32,000 nucleotides of DNA from Alteromonas phage vB_AcoS-R7M. Under the pieces are notes generated by a model. It was not told the origin of the DNA. It worked only from the letters and a program-made list of their open reading frames with translations, and did no database searches. The stretch lies in the sequence record MT345684.1; one strand, given 5' to 3'. Made by a program: the position numbers and the translations under genes. Below, in pieces: positions 9,647-18,487 of this stretch (positions are counted from its first letter, which is position 1; every line of letters starts with the position of its first letter).

Positions 9647-11815
9647 TTAAGCGCATCCTAAAGTCCTCATTATTTTATCGCATTCCCTTTCATACCAATC
9701 GTAATCAACGTCATTAGGGAATTCATTTGTTAATTCCATTAACGGTTTAGCTCCAACACTCTTGGGAACCGTATTACCGTTTTTAGCGTAAACAATGGAG
9801 GTTTCTGTTTCGGTTGAGTAATACCACCGGATTGCTTTACCCAAATATTCATTATCAGCGTTCTCGTGTAGCTTAACGCCTCCACCACTTACGGTTCTTA
9901 CTGTAACGAACTTTTGTATATCTTTGCAACTTCTAATTGTTTCGTGGATTGGTTTGTTATCAACAAGGTATGAAATAACAGCTTCAACACATATAAGGTT
10001 CTGAGGGTTCTTAGACAATCCAGGATCCGCAAACGCACCTTTAGTCTTAACGCGATCCCGAACCGATTGCCCCTCTTCCCATTCGTCTTTGTGGGTTACA
10101 GCAACGTAATTGTTAACGTCCCGGCTATACAACGCACTGTATCGAGTCTCTTCGGTGTTAAACCCTGTGTCAGCTTCCCACTGCTCAATAATGCCATTCA
10201 TGCGCTCAACATCCCGCTTAAGTGGTTTAATAACAATACCGTCTGTGTTAGCACTAACAACTTGAATCCCTGCTAATTCCAAACGCTCAATTAACATAAG
10301 CAGACTTAGCTGACCTGTTATGGTGGTTTGAATTAGTAGGTCTGGTGAATACAACGTGGAATACTGACTGCCAAATTTACCAAACGACCCGTTGATAACG
10401 ATTTTAAGGCTGTTTGCTGTACGCTTGTCACCTGACTTTTTAGCAGCAAGACGCTTTTCAACAATCTTGCGGTATGCAGTTAAAAACTCGCGCCCCAAAT
10501 GGTGTGGAAATAACCCAAGCAATAGAATTATAAACGGGTAGTAAGATGTTACGTCGCGGTCAATTAGTGCGTAATGCTCATTGTCGTAATGAATAGCGGA
10601 CTTTTCGGTACTGTGCAGACCTCCGATGCCCATCGTGTATACAGAATTGTTTATCTTAATTTGCAATTCTTTGATTTCAGGGGGCAGACCAATCTTACCG
10701 TGTTCGTTAACCACATATTGGGCGTTGGCGACTTGCTGTAAGACTCCCTGCATTAGCGGGGTGCTGTAGCGAATAAAGCTTGGGACCCTGTACCTATATA
10801 CTGAGCCGGGCTCGATCTCTACCCTGTGGGCCCGTGTGCCGCTTATTTTCTGTATTTCACTCGCTAAAACAGCCTCCGCAATCTGCGCGTCCGACTTACT
10901 ACGAAGATCCAGTCCATATTCCCCGCTTAACTCCTCACGTAAGGTTATGTCCGGACCGATTTCCTTAAGTAGGTCTTCTGTAGTTTGTAGGTCGTTAACA
11001 CAGTAAAAGCGAACGATTGCAATCTGCTTGTCTGTTAAAGTTGCATCAGGCGGGAATGGTAGATCCTGCATCTTTTTGGAATGCATACGCCCGCCATAGA
11101 TTTTCAAGCTTGCCATAAGCGGAGCCACTTCCATTATGTCAATGTGGTCACATTCAAGCTTCTTAACTTTATACCCTCGCAACACCCTCCATCCTGGCTC
11201 ACGGTACTCGATAATTGCAGTGGTAGCGGTCTTCATTGCTTGAGTACTGCAACCCGCCAACGCCATTGCTGCTATGTGAATATCGTACCCGTTTGAGTTA
11301 AACCCGATGATTGTAAACTTAGCAAGCAGCCACTTAAGTTTAGGAATGTTTAATTCACCCAAACCCTCGCCCGTTTCAAAGTAAACAACCTTCTGCAGTT
11401 TTGGGGATTTGAACGCGATTAGGAAGTAATTAACATAACACTCGATATCAAACACAAGCTCATGCTTTCTGCCGGTGTTGTACCATTCATAACTAAGGTC
11501 GATAAGTTCAGCATCCGTGAACAGGGGTACGTCAAATTCTAGCGATTCCTTAAGGTAAGGGAGGTAATCTGCAGACAACCATGTTGGTTCAGGTGGGACA
11601 GCTTTTGGCTTACTTTTGGAATCCCTCGCAAGCTGGTACGCTTGCTCCATGCCAACTATAATGTCGTTAGGATCAGCACCCTTATCAATTAACCGCTTCT
11701 CAGCCCAGAATCCTGGATAAATTTGTAACCAACCTTCGTCTTGAAGTATTTCATGCTTTTTGGCTAACTTATCATTCTCGTTAGTCCAGAACATTCCAAA
11801 CGAGTCACTTCTCAT
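9647..11815 (-). CDS. family B-like DNA polymerase with 3'-5' exonuclease domain
   Basis: Exo I FVFDIECYVN, Exo II FNSNGYDIH, motif A LIDRDVTSYYP, motif B SLKIVINGSFGKFGS, motif C-like SANTDGIVI. ATGA overlap with the upstream clamp gene. Confidence 0.85.
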   Translation of the reverse strand: MRSDSFGMFWTNENDKLAKKHEILQDEGWLQIYPGFWAEKRLIDKGADPNDIIVGMEQAYQLARDSKSKPKAVPPEPTWLSADYLPYLKESLEFDVPLFTDAELIDLSYEWYNTGRKHELVFDIECYVNYFLIAFKSPKLQKVVYFETGEGLGELNIPKLKWLLAKFTIIGFNSNGYDIHIAAMALAGCSTQAMKTATTAIIEYREPGWRVLRGYKVKKLECDHIDIMEVAPLMASLKIYGGRMHSKKMQDLPFPPDATLTDKQIAIVRFYCVNDLQTTEDLLKEIGPDITLREELSGEYGLDLRSKSDAQIAEAVLASEIQKISGTRAHRVEIEPGSVYRYRVPSFIRYSTPLMQGVLQQVANAQYVVNEHGKIGLPPEIKELQIKINNSVYTMGIGGLHSTEKSAIHYDNEHYALIDRDVTSYYPFIILLLGLFPHHLGREFLTAYRKIVEKRLAAKKSGDKRTANSLKIVINGSFGKFGSQYSTLYSPDLLIQTTITGQLSLLMLIERLELAGIQVVSANTDGIVIKPLKRDVERMNGIIEQWEADTGFNTEETRYSALYSRDVNNYVAVTHKDEWEEGQSVRDRVKTKGAFADPGLSKNPQNLICVEAVISYLVDNKPIHETIRSCKDIQKFVTVRTVSGGGVKLHENADNEYLGKAIRWYYSTETETSIVYAKNGNTVPKSVGAKPLMELTNEFPNDVDYDWYERECDKIMRTLGCA

Positions 11816-12774
11816 ATTTTCATTCCTACAAGTGCTCCCCGCAACCTGTCCCCGTAGAATATGCAGGGCTTAGGGTAAAGGCTCCAGTCTATGCTTGTAG
11901 CGGTGTCTTTTAAAAGACTAAGTATGTGGAGCTGGTAAACCCCTTCCACAGTAAAGTTTTCGATTTCGTAGGACGCGCCTTCACCTTCGATAAGCGTTGT
12001 CTTAACTGCTCCCCCATTAAGGTAAACACGACCCAAGTCGTCCGTGAATGGTTTAACTACATCCAACCCCTCGAAGATACGGGTGTCCAGTGGTTCGGGG
12101 TTTGACGGTGCGCTAAGTATGCGCTCAATATCAGGCCAATCCAGATCAAGTAGGTTACTGCGAATCCATTTACCATCTGGGAAGTGAAACGATATACTTT
12201 TATCGGTGCATTGCATAGCAATAGGGGCTTCGTTAATGCGGAGTATTTCGTTAACAGCATTTCGGGGAATATTGATTTCAATGGGTATGTTAAAGCCCAT
12301 CCAGTATTCAACCATGCTTACATTGTTGGTTGCATACGCACTTTGGCCCCGTAACAAAACCCCGTTCGACCACGGGCGGGACGCATCGGTGCTAATAAAG
12401 GGTTGAACCGTTTTAAGTGCTTTGAGAAGGGCATCCCCATTTATTTCTATTTCCTCCCCTTCAGGCACAACGTGCGCGGAAGCACTTTCGTCCGCTTCAA
12501 AGCAATCAATAAATGCTTTAAATGAACCCGACCGAATAGCCAGCCTGCCGGTTGTGGTTAAATGCATACTAACAGTCTCTTTGCAATTACTGATAGCTTT
12601 CACGAACGGGGCAGCTTTAGGAATACAGTCTATGTCCAGATCGATGGGACTTGATAGGGCAAGTGAGCCGTTATAACCCCGTATTGTTCCGTCTTCAATT
12701 TTAAAGTGTGCAAGCTCGGGAATAAACTGTTTTTTAGCTACTGCACCTTGAACGAATTTTAGTTCTTTAAGCAT
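11812..12774 (-). CDS. DNA polymerase sliding clamp-like protein (DnaN/beta-clamp fold)
   Basis: ISTDASRPWSNGVLLRGQSAYATNNVSMVEY resembles the central beta-clamp domain; adjacent to and coupled with the polymerase gene. Confidence 0.65.
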   Translation of the reverse strand: MLKELKFVQGAVAKKQFIPELAHFKIEDGTIRGYNGSLALSSPIDLDIDCIPKAAPFVKAISNCKETVSMHLTTTGRLAIRSGSFKAFIDCFEADESASAHVVPEGEEIEINGDALLKALKTVQPFISTDASRPWSNGVLLRGQSAYATNNVSMVEYWMGFNIPIEINIPRNAVNEILRINEAPIAMQCTDKSISFHFPDGKWIRSNLLDLDWPDIERILSAPSNPEPLDTRIFEGLDVVKPFTDDLGRVYLNGGAVKTTLIEGEGASYEIENFTVEGVYQLHILSLLKDTATSIDWSLYPKPCIFYGDRLRGALVGMKI

Positions 12775-13691
12775 TAGAAAAGCTCCTGGATATCCGCTTT
12801 AAATTTATTAGGGTTATCGCGGTCCATTTGTTCGTTAATTTTACCAAAAGCCCACAGATTATAAACAGCGCGTGACTCGTATACTGTAGACAGACGTTCA
12901 TAATTATACCCGTTGTCGTTAAACAGTTTAAGAACATGCTTTTTGTATTCAGGATTAAGGTTGCAGACATGCTGCTCAGGGTCGTGGCGCGATGGGGATT
13001 TGTCAGACACGTTTATGGGACCATACTCGGGCATAATAACAGAACCAAACGCAGCTGACTGGATCCAGGATGACGAGTCACAACTCCACCACGGATAACG
13101 CTCCATAAGCGGGATTGACGTAATACCGAAACCGTGAACTTTTATCCGAGGGTTTCCACTTCCGTCGGTAAGGTATCTGTCCCAAATACGATCAAGCCAG
13201 ACCATAAGTTGCTTTGTACTACCACCAACCATGCCTCCCAGCGTGATGTATTCGTAGTTAGATACATACCATTCCAAATAGCGCTCGTCCTCACCGGCGT
13301 GGAAACACGGAAGGGGTCGAACGCCATGCGATTCCATCGCAAGCTGGTTTTCGTAAGTCTCTTGAGGGTCGCCAATACCATCCAATACGGAAGCCATTAG
13401 TATTCCATCGTCACGTCGAATTATATCGTCGTTGCGTTTAATGTATTCACAATACGTAGGAAGGTCAATATTAACGCCTAGTGTGTAAGCAGAGAACGCA
13501 CCGGAGTCAAGAAATATCTTATCGCCGCTTTCACGTATAGCATCAACGAAAGATTGCTTATGAATATAGTGGTAGGATTCAAGTAAGTGAGGTAAGGTGT
13601 TGACCACAAGCTTCTCGCGGTCGTTTAGCTTTAAATACCGGTTGGTATGCTTATAGCCGTTCGAGTGAACGGCTGCCATATATACGTACAT
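12774..13691 (-). CDS. dpdA: DpdA, phage DNA 7-deazaguanine transglycosylase (TGT-like)
   Basis: FLDSGAFSAYT and KVHGFGITSIPLMERYPWWSCDSSSW motifs; clustered with all preQ0-pathway genes. ORF begins at GTG 13712, but ATG 13691 has a GGAG SD 6 nt upstream. Confidence 0.85.
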   Translation of the reverse strand: MYVYMAAVHSNGYKHTNRYLKLNDREKLVVNTLPHLLESYHYIHKQSFVDAIRESGDKIFLDSGAFSAYTLGVNIDLPTYCEYIKRNDDIIRRDDGILMASVLDGIGDPQETYENQLAMESHGVRPLPCFHAGEDERYLEWYVSNYEYITLGGMVGGSTKQLMVWLDRIWDRYLTDGSGNPRIKVHGFGITSIPLMERYPWWSCDSSSWIQSAAFGSVIMPEYGPINVSDKSPSRHDPEQHVCNLNPEYKKHVLKLFNDNGYNYERLSTVYESRAVYNLWAFGKINEQMDRDNPNKFKADIQELF

Positions 13692-13702
13692 TAATTTCTC
13701 CA

Positions 13703-13729
13703 AATAGCGCACCTTTAAGATGCGCTATT
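13703..13729 (-). promoter_or_regulatory. perfect 9-bp hairpin in the folE-dpdA junction, immediately 5' of the dpdA SD
   Basis: + strand AATAGCGCA (13703-13711) - CCTTTAAGA - TGCGCTATT (13721-13729); SD at 13697-13701. Confidence 0.6.
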
Positions 13730-13735
13730 ATAAAA

Positions 13736-14329
13736 TTAATTTCTTGCTAATTCTAGAAATTCATTGCGAGTTTCGCTTTCCGTTTTAATAACACCTCGCA
13801 ACGCTGTTGTCACTGTATGGTGTCCCTGCTGGCAGATACCACGTGACTCCATACACATATGACGCGCCTTAATCATTACGCCAACACCGAGCGGTTGCAA
13901 GTGCGTTTCAATAGCGTCTGCAATTTGGGATGTCAGGCGCTCCTGTACCTGCAAACGTCTTGCAAAAGCATCCGCCACACGGCTTAATTTCGACAGCCCA
14001 ACGATCTTTTTATTCGGGATGTACGCAATAGTACAGGTTCCGAAAATGTCAGCTAAGTGATGCTCACACTTACTGTAGATCGGAATATCTTTAACGACAA
14101 CCATCTGGTCATATTTTTCGCCGCCGTCTTCGAACACCTTAAGTAGTTTCCCGATGTCCTGGGAATACCCGCTGCACCAATGTTGCCAAGCTTTACGAAC
14201 ACGCGCTGGAGTTTCAAGCAACCCCTCGCGGTCGCTGTTCTCCCCCACAAAATCCAGAATTTCTTTAACGCTGGTTTCAACCGTTTCTATCTGCAATTCC
14301 AATTGTAATTGTTTTTGTTCTTCTGACAT
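13736..14329 (-). CDS. folE: GTP cyclohydrolase I
   Basis: DNSDREGLLETPARVRKAW-type motif (ENSDREGLLETPARVRKAW), KCEHHLADIFG, IVGLSKLSRV, ARHMCMESRG zinc/active-site motifs. ATG 14329 has SD CGAGGTG. Confidence 0.93.
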   Translation of the reverse strand: MSEEQKQLQLELQIETVETSVKEILDFVGENSDREGLLETPARVRKAWQHWCSGYSQDIGKLLKVFEDGGEKYDQMVVVKDIPIYSKCEHHLADIFGTCTIAYIPNKKIVGLSKLSRVADAFARRLQVQERLTSQIADAIETHLQPLGVGVMIKARHMCMESRGICQQGHHTVTTALRGVIKTESETRNEFLELARN

Positions 14330-14330
14330 T

Positions 14331-14777
14331 TTACACCTCGTAAATGGCGCTGTTTGCACCGTGTTCCATTACTTCTACCGACCGTAAAGCTACCCGAGGA
14401 AAGTGGTTGTTTACCTGCAACCATCGAGTGACAAAACCGTGAATTAAAATTGCAAATTGCTCACAACCGACAGCTTCAACTTTTACCATATCAATAGTTC
14501 CACGTAGATCTAATTGCTCAAGTATATCCATATCGGGGTCATCATACGCAACGAGTGTTTTGTGGTCAAAATGGTTCTTAAGGAACTCTTTAACTTCGTC
14601 GAGAGCACCAAAATCCATAACCCAATTACGCTCATCCAACTCCACAGCTTCAAACAGCAATCGAACAGCAATTGCGTAACCGTGAAGTTTGCTGCAATGG
14701 GAGTGAGTTGCTCGCCATTGACGGAATGCACAACTTAACCCCAAGTTGTGCCCAAATGTTTTAGTTGATTTATGCAT
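14331..14777 (-). CDS. queD: QueD / 6-pyruvoyl-tetrahydropterin synthase family protein
   Basis: GLSCAFRQWRATHSHCSKLHGYAIAV...WVMDFGALDEVKEFLKNHFDHKTLV; located between folE and queC. Confidence 0.85.
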   Translation of the reverse strand: MHKSTKTFGHNLGLSCAFRQWRATHSHCSKLHGYAIAVRLLFEAVELDERNWVMDFGALDEVKEFLKNHFDHKTLVAYDDPDMDILEQLDLRGTIDMVKVEAVGCEQFAILIHGFVTRWLQVNNHFPRVALRSVEVMEHGANSAIYEV

Positions 14778-14779
14778 TA

Positions 14780-16186
14780 CTATTCCTCGTATTGGATAAC
14801 TTCTTCTTTACCGTTAATTTTAAATGCAGTTTTACGCATAAAGCACGGACCGCACTTGCCACAATGTAAGTTACCATTCTTATAGCAGCTCCATGTTAAA
14901 TCCATGGGAGCGCCAACTGTATGGCCCAGAGCAACGATTTCGTGTTTCATTAAGTTACCAACGGGCATAATTATTTCAACACGCTTACCATCGCCTACAG
15001 CGTAAGGCATAACTTTATTCATACGCTTAATGAATTCGGGCTCATTGTCAGGGTACGCTCCAGCTTCTTCCAAGTTATTACCGAGCACAATATAATCAAA
15101 ACCGTTTGCTTCAGCGTAACTGGTGGCGATTGCAAGCATGACAAGATTACGAGCGGGAACCCATTCATGGGCGTATTCAGCACCCTCTTCACCGCCTGCA
15201 ATAGTAGCGTCAGAATCGAATAGGTGTGAGCTACCTTTATCATAAATGTTAAGCGGGAAAAGCTTGAAAGGTACGTTCAAGCGTTCTGCAATTTTTTCAA
15301 TCGCTTCAACCTCATGGGTTTCAGCCCTACACCCGTACTGAAAGTGTATCAGCTTAACGTCCATCCCGTCGTTAATACATTTGGAAGCTGCAACAGTACT
15401 GTCTAGGCCGCCACTGGCTATCACTAAAGCTCGTTTTCGAGGTTTATTTACAAAGTACGGGTCAAGACGCTCAACACTGCTAAGACCAGCCATATCGAAT
15501 TCTGCTGTGCTGTAAGGCGGTAGGGATTTAACATTTTCGTCAGACGGTAAGTAGTCTTCCGAGCTTGCAAAAAACGTATTACAGTCGTTGTCGGTGCTAT
15601 ACCATATGGGACGATAGTTTGTGGCCACGAACATTGATTGCGCCATACCTGCATGGCTACCAATAATCCCATAGCTACCGACTAATTTTCTGATTGCTGA
15701 TTTAAACACTTCGAACACTTTAAAGGGTTTCATTGTGAGTTCCTCTTGTGCTAGTATTTCAGGTATTGCAGCACTGTCAATAGATGTCGGTATTTCGTTA
15801 GTGCGCAGTTCCGCATCGTTAGCAATAGTCCCGTTATGCACAACCGCCCAGTTCTGGCATTTGTAGGGTTGCTGGTCTTCGGGCATCTTTTCCATTACGT
15901 ATTCGGTAGTCGGTTCAGCTCGTACGTTACCGATAATTTTAATATCGAACACTCGAACATGTTCGGGAAGCATAAGTATCGGATTTTCCCATTCACTAAA
16001 CTGTCCGGCATGTCTGTGGATTAAAGCTTCTTTTTGATTACCTACACGGTACGTTAAAAGCCAACCATAACCGTCCCGACCGCGTTCTGTGGAACTTTTA
16101 ATAAGCTTATTTATTTGAGCGGCTAAACGAGCACGGTGTCCCGAATCTTTTATGATGGGTATAATAGCCCCGAATACTGAGCACAT
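14780..16186 (-). CDS. gat-queC: Gat-QueC: class II glutamine amidotransferase fused to 7-cyano-7-deazaguanine synthase
   Basis: N-terminal Cys2 Ntn amidotransferase (MCSVFGAII..., WAVVHNGTIAND), then PP-loop ASGGLDSTVAAS and C-terminal zinc motif CYKNGNLHCGKCGPC. Confidence 0.93.
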   Translation of the reverse strand: MCSVFGAIIPIIKDSGHRARLAAQINKLIKSSTERGRDGYGWLLTYRVGNQKEALIHRHAGQFSEWENPILMLPEHVRVFDIKIIGNVRAEPTTEYVMEKMPEDQQPYKCQNWAVVHNGTIANDAELRTNEIPTSIDSAAIPEILAQEELTMKPFKVFEVFKSAIRKLVGSYGIIGSHAGMAQSMFVATNYRPIWYSTDNDCNTFFASSEDYLPSDENVKSLPPYSTAEFDMAGLSSVERLDPYFVNKPRKRALVIASGGLDSTVAASKCINDGMDVKLIHFQYGCRAETHEVEAIEKIAERLNVPFKLFPLNIYDKGSSHLFDSDATIAGGEEGAEYAHEWVPARNLVMLAIATSYAEANGFDYIVLGNNLEEAGAYPDNEPEFIKRMNKVMPYAVGDGKRVEIIMPVGNLMKHEIVALGHTVGAPMDLTWSCYKNGNLHCGKCGPCFMRKTAFKINGKEEVIQYEE

Positions 16187-16896
16187 TACTCAACTCCTAT
16201 ATATTTGTGAGTTTGCAGTTGTAAAATATAACCAAATTGAATGCAGCTTTTAACGACAGCTTCAATATTAGCTTTATTCAATTCAACATCTTTTTCGTCC
16301 ATGGGCTGGAGGTAAATATCCCCTTCAAAATCTTCAGGTGGACGTGCAACAATTGTTTCGTCAGAACCATTATCCAAAGCTTGTGTTGGTAAACCATCGT
16401 AGTGAATACAATTGCGCTTTAGAACGTACTTGAAGCAATCAGCCCGATCTGCAGTTTCTTTATTGATTCGTGCGGTTTTAGGACTGCATACAACCGTTAC
16501 ACCATCCGGAAAACCTGGAGGCGGTCTCAGCGAACCATTGGTTTCAATTTGCACGTCATAACCCTCTTCAACAAGTGCTTGGCACAGAAGAGTTATATTC
16601 TGCCTAAAGGGTTCGCCACCAGTTATAACCACAAGCGCATTCTTCACGCCGGGCATAGCTCGCGTGTGGCAATACATTATACCTTTAACGACTTGGTTGG
16701 TGTGCATGGTTTCCCTGCTGGAAGTGTAATCGGTATCACATCCAGGACATTGTAAATTACATCCTGCTAAGCGAACGAATATTGCAGGGCAACCGGAAAA
16801 CGGACCTTCCCCTTGGATGGTTGGAAAGATGCTATGAACTTCAAGTTTGGATCTGTCGGTGAGGATTTGCTTTTCAGCGGGTTGTTGATTTAACAT
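16186..16896 (-). CDS. queE: QueE, 7-carboxy-7-deazaguanine synthase (radical SAM)
   Basis: IFPTIQGEGPFSGCPAIFVRLAGCNLQCPGCDTDY (CxxxCxxC) and VVITGGEPFRQN; TAATG overlap with gat-queC. Confidence 0.92.
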   Translation of the reverse strand: MLNQQPAEKQILTDRSKLEVHSIFPTIQGEGPFSGCPAIFVRLAGCNLQCPGCDTDYTSSRETMHTNQVVKGIMYCHTRAMPGVKNALVVITGGEPFRQNITLLCQALVEEGYDVQIETNGSLRPPPGFPDGVTVVCSPKTARINKETADRADCFKYVLKRNCIHYDGLPTQALDNGSDETIVARPPEDFEGDIYLQPMDEKDVELNKANIEAVVKSCIQFGYILQLQTHKYIGVE

Positions 16897-16902
16897 TGTA
16901 TC

Positions 16903-17001
16903 TCCGATAAGTAGCCATAGGGCGGGGTTGCGGAGCTGGTGAAGCAGCCCCGCTTAAATTAACAGGGCTGCACCATGTAAGCTAGATTAATGCTTACTTT
17001 G
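16903..17001 (-). promoter_or_regulatory. structured ~97-nt intergenic leader upstream of queE
   Basis: Several inverted repeats: GTAAGC/GCTTAC, GCAGCCC/GGGCTGC, GCGGGG/CCCCGC (sharing sequence), then SD CGGAG before the queE ATG. Confidence 0.4.
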
Positions 17002-17686
17002 CAGGGGCTTCTTCAGCTTTTGCAGCTTTAGCCTGCTTCGCTTCAGCTTTTGCAGCTTTAGCCTTTTCAGCAGCTTCTTCAGCTGCAATTTCTTCCGGAG
17101 TTTTTGGTGCGGTAATGCGACCAGTTACACCGTTGAATTTGCGCCAGCGAGCGTATTCAGCTTTGATGTTACCAGTGTTCAGGCCCTGGGCTTCACCGCG
17201 CTCAAGTACCAGTGACACAGGTGCGGGCTGACCAAGTTCAGAACTTACTTCATCAGCAATGGTCCAGACTTTACCACACAGAGTTTCTGGTTTAGGACGG
17301 CGGATACCGTTCTGCTCGGGCATACGATCGGCTTCACGCTTAGCAGCTTTTTCTGCCTTTTCCGCTTCGCGTTTAGCTTTAGCTTCTTCACGCTCTTTAG
17401 CTTTAGCCAGCTTCGCTTCTTCACGCTCCGCTTTTTTGGTTTCACGCTCAACAACCTTTTCTTCCTTTTCAACTGCTTTCACAGCGTCTTTGTGAGTTTT
17501 GGTTGCAACTTTAACTTCGGCTTTCTTCGCTTTAACAGCTTCTTTGTCCACTTCGCCTTCAGCAGGCTTTTCCAGGCGTTCCAACTCAACGTTCAGGTTG
17601 TTCAGACCTGCTTCAGCTTCTACAACAGCTTCACGTAAAGATTCCAGTTTACTTGTGTCGACGGACACTACTTTTGCTTCAGTCAT
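16994..17686 (-). CDS. K/E/A-rich coiled-coil protein with conserved RP...WRKFxGxxGR domain (paralog A)
   Basis: Highly charged flanks around NGIRRPKPETLCGKVWTIADEVSSELGQ...GLNTGNIKAEYARWRKFNGVTGRI. Confidence 0.8.
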   Translation of the reverse strand: MTEAKVVSVDTSKLESLREAVVEAEAGLNNLNVELERLEKPAEGEVDKEAVKAKKAEVKVATKTHKDAVKAVEKEEKVVERETKKAEREEAKLAKAKEREEAKAKREAEKAEKAAKREADRMPEQNGIRRPKPETLCGKVWTIADEVSSELGQPAPVSLVLERGEAQGLNTGNIKAEYARWRKFNGVTGRITAPKTPEEIAAEEAAEKAKAAKAEAKQAKAAKAEEAPAK

Positions 17687-17761
17687 AATATTTCCTCGTT
17701 AAATTTTCCGCGTTCGGGCGGGGGAATGTAAAATTAGCAGTATTGGGAACCGAATGCAACT

Positions 17762-18475
17762 TTAAAATGGCGCTCTTATCTTATGCCAGTTGCCCAGCTC
17801 CGAGCTTGCACTAGTACGCTTTATACCTTCCTCGGTTTCCAATTTGTCCATTACCGCTTTGCGAATTTTAAGCACTTCACCCTTCTCAGTAGGTTTTCCA
17901 GCAGCTTCCCACATACTATCCGCAACTGACCATATGATTATCTTCGCTGTGCCGCGACGTGGGCTCCCTTCGCTACTTGTGGTTATAGGTTGTACCCGCT
18001 TAGCTACTTTTCGCGGTACAGCCGCATATAGTTCGCGGTTATACTTTCCGCTAACAGCATCTTTAACTATTGCTTCGTGATGCTCAATTACTGGTTTGAA
18101 AAGATCTGGGGCTATTGCTGGCTTAAACGCGCCATGACAATATATAAACTCCCCGTCGTTCTTTTCGGCATAAAAGGATTGCCGTTCCGTTTCTGCTTCG
18201 ACCATAGGACTGACAGGAACCTCACCGATCGTTTTAAACAGAACGGCAATCAAAGAAGTGTTAGGCACGTTATCAGCTAATTCAACCCCTGTAAGATTTT
18301 TATAAAGCATTCTTAACTCAAGGTGAGTAAACGATTTTAAAAACGTTGCATCGTGACAGGGAACAACCCAAGACGCGGAATCCTTGCATTCAATCTGAGC
18401 TACATTACACAGACTAAAAATATTTTCGTTTTTATGCAAAACTCGCAAGGTATCTAAATTAATTAAAACGTACAT
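17762..18475 (-). CDS. uncharacterised phage protein with diverged related C-terminal domain (paralog C)
   Basis: C-terminus SPRRGTAKIIIWSVADSMWEAAGKPTEKGEVLKIRKAVMDKLETEEGIKRTSASSELGNWHKIRAPF; SD AGGAG before ATG 18475. Confidence 0.75.
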   Translation of the reverse strand: MYVLINLDTLRVLHKNENIFSLCNVAQIECKDSASWVVPCHDATFLKSFTHLELRMLYKNLTGVELADNVPNTSLIAVLFKTIGEVPVSPMVEAETERQSFYAEKNDGEFIYCHGAFKPAIAPDLFKPVIEHHEAIVKDAVSGKYNRELYAAVPRKVAKRVQPITTSSEGSPRRGTAKIIIWSVADSMWEAAGKPTEKGEVLKIRKAVMDKLETEEGIKRTSASSELGNWHKIRAPF

Positions 18476-18487
18476 AACTTTCTCCTG

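Noticed and set aside
12774-13691. Ordinary tRNA-guanine transglycosylase (queuosine in tRNA) instead of DNA modification
   Set aside because: The protein is shorter and only distantly similar to bacterial TGT, lacks the usual CxCxxC zinc cluster, and sits in a phage preQ0 operon next to DNA replication genes, which fits DpdA better.
16897-16993. preQ1 riboswitch upstream of queE
   Set aside because: Sequence does not show the recognisable preQ1-I/II/III core motifs; kept only as an unclassified structured leader.
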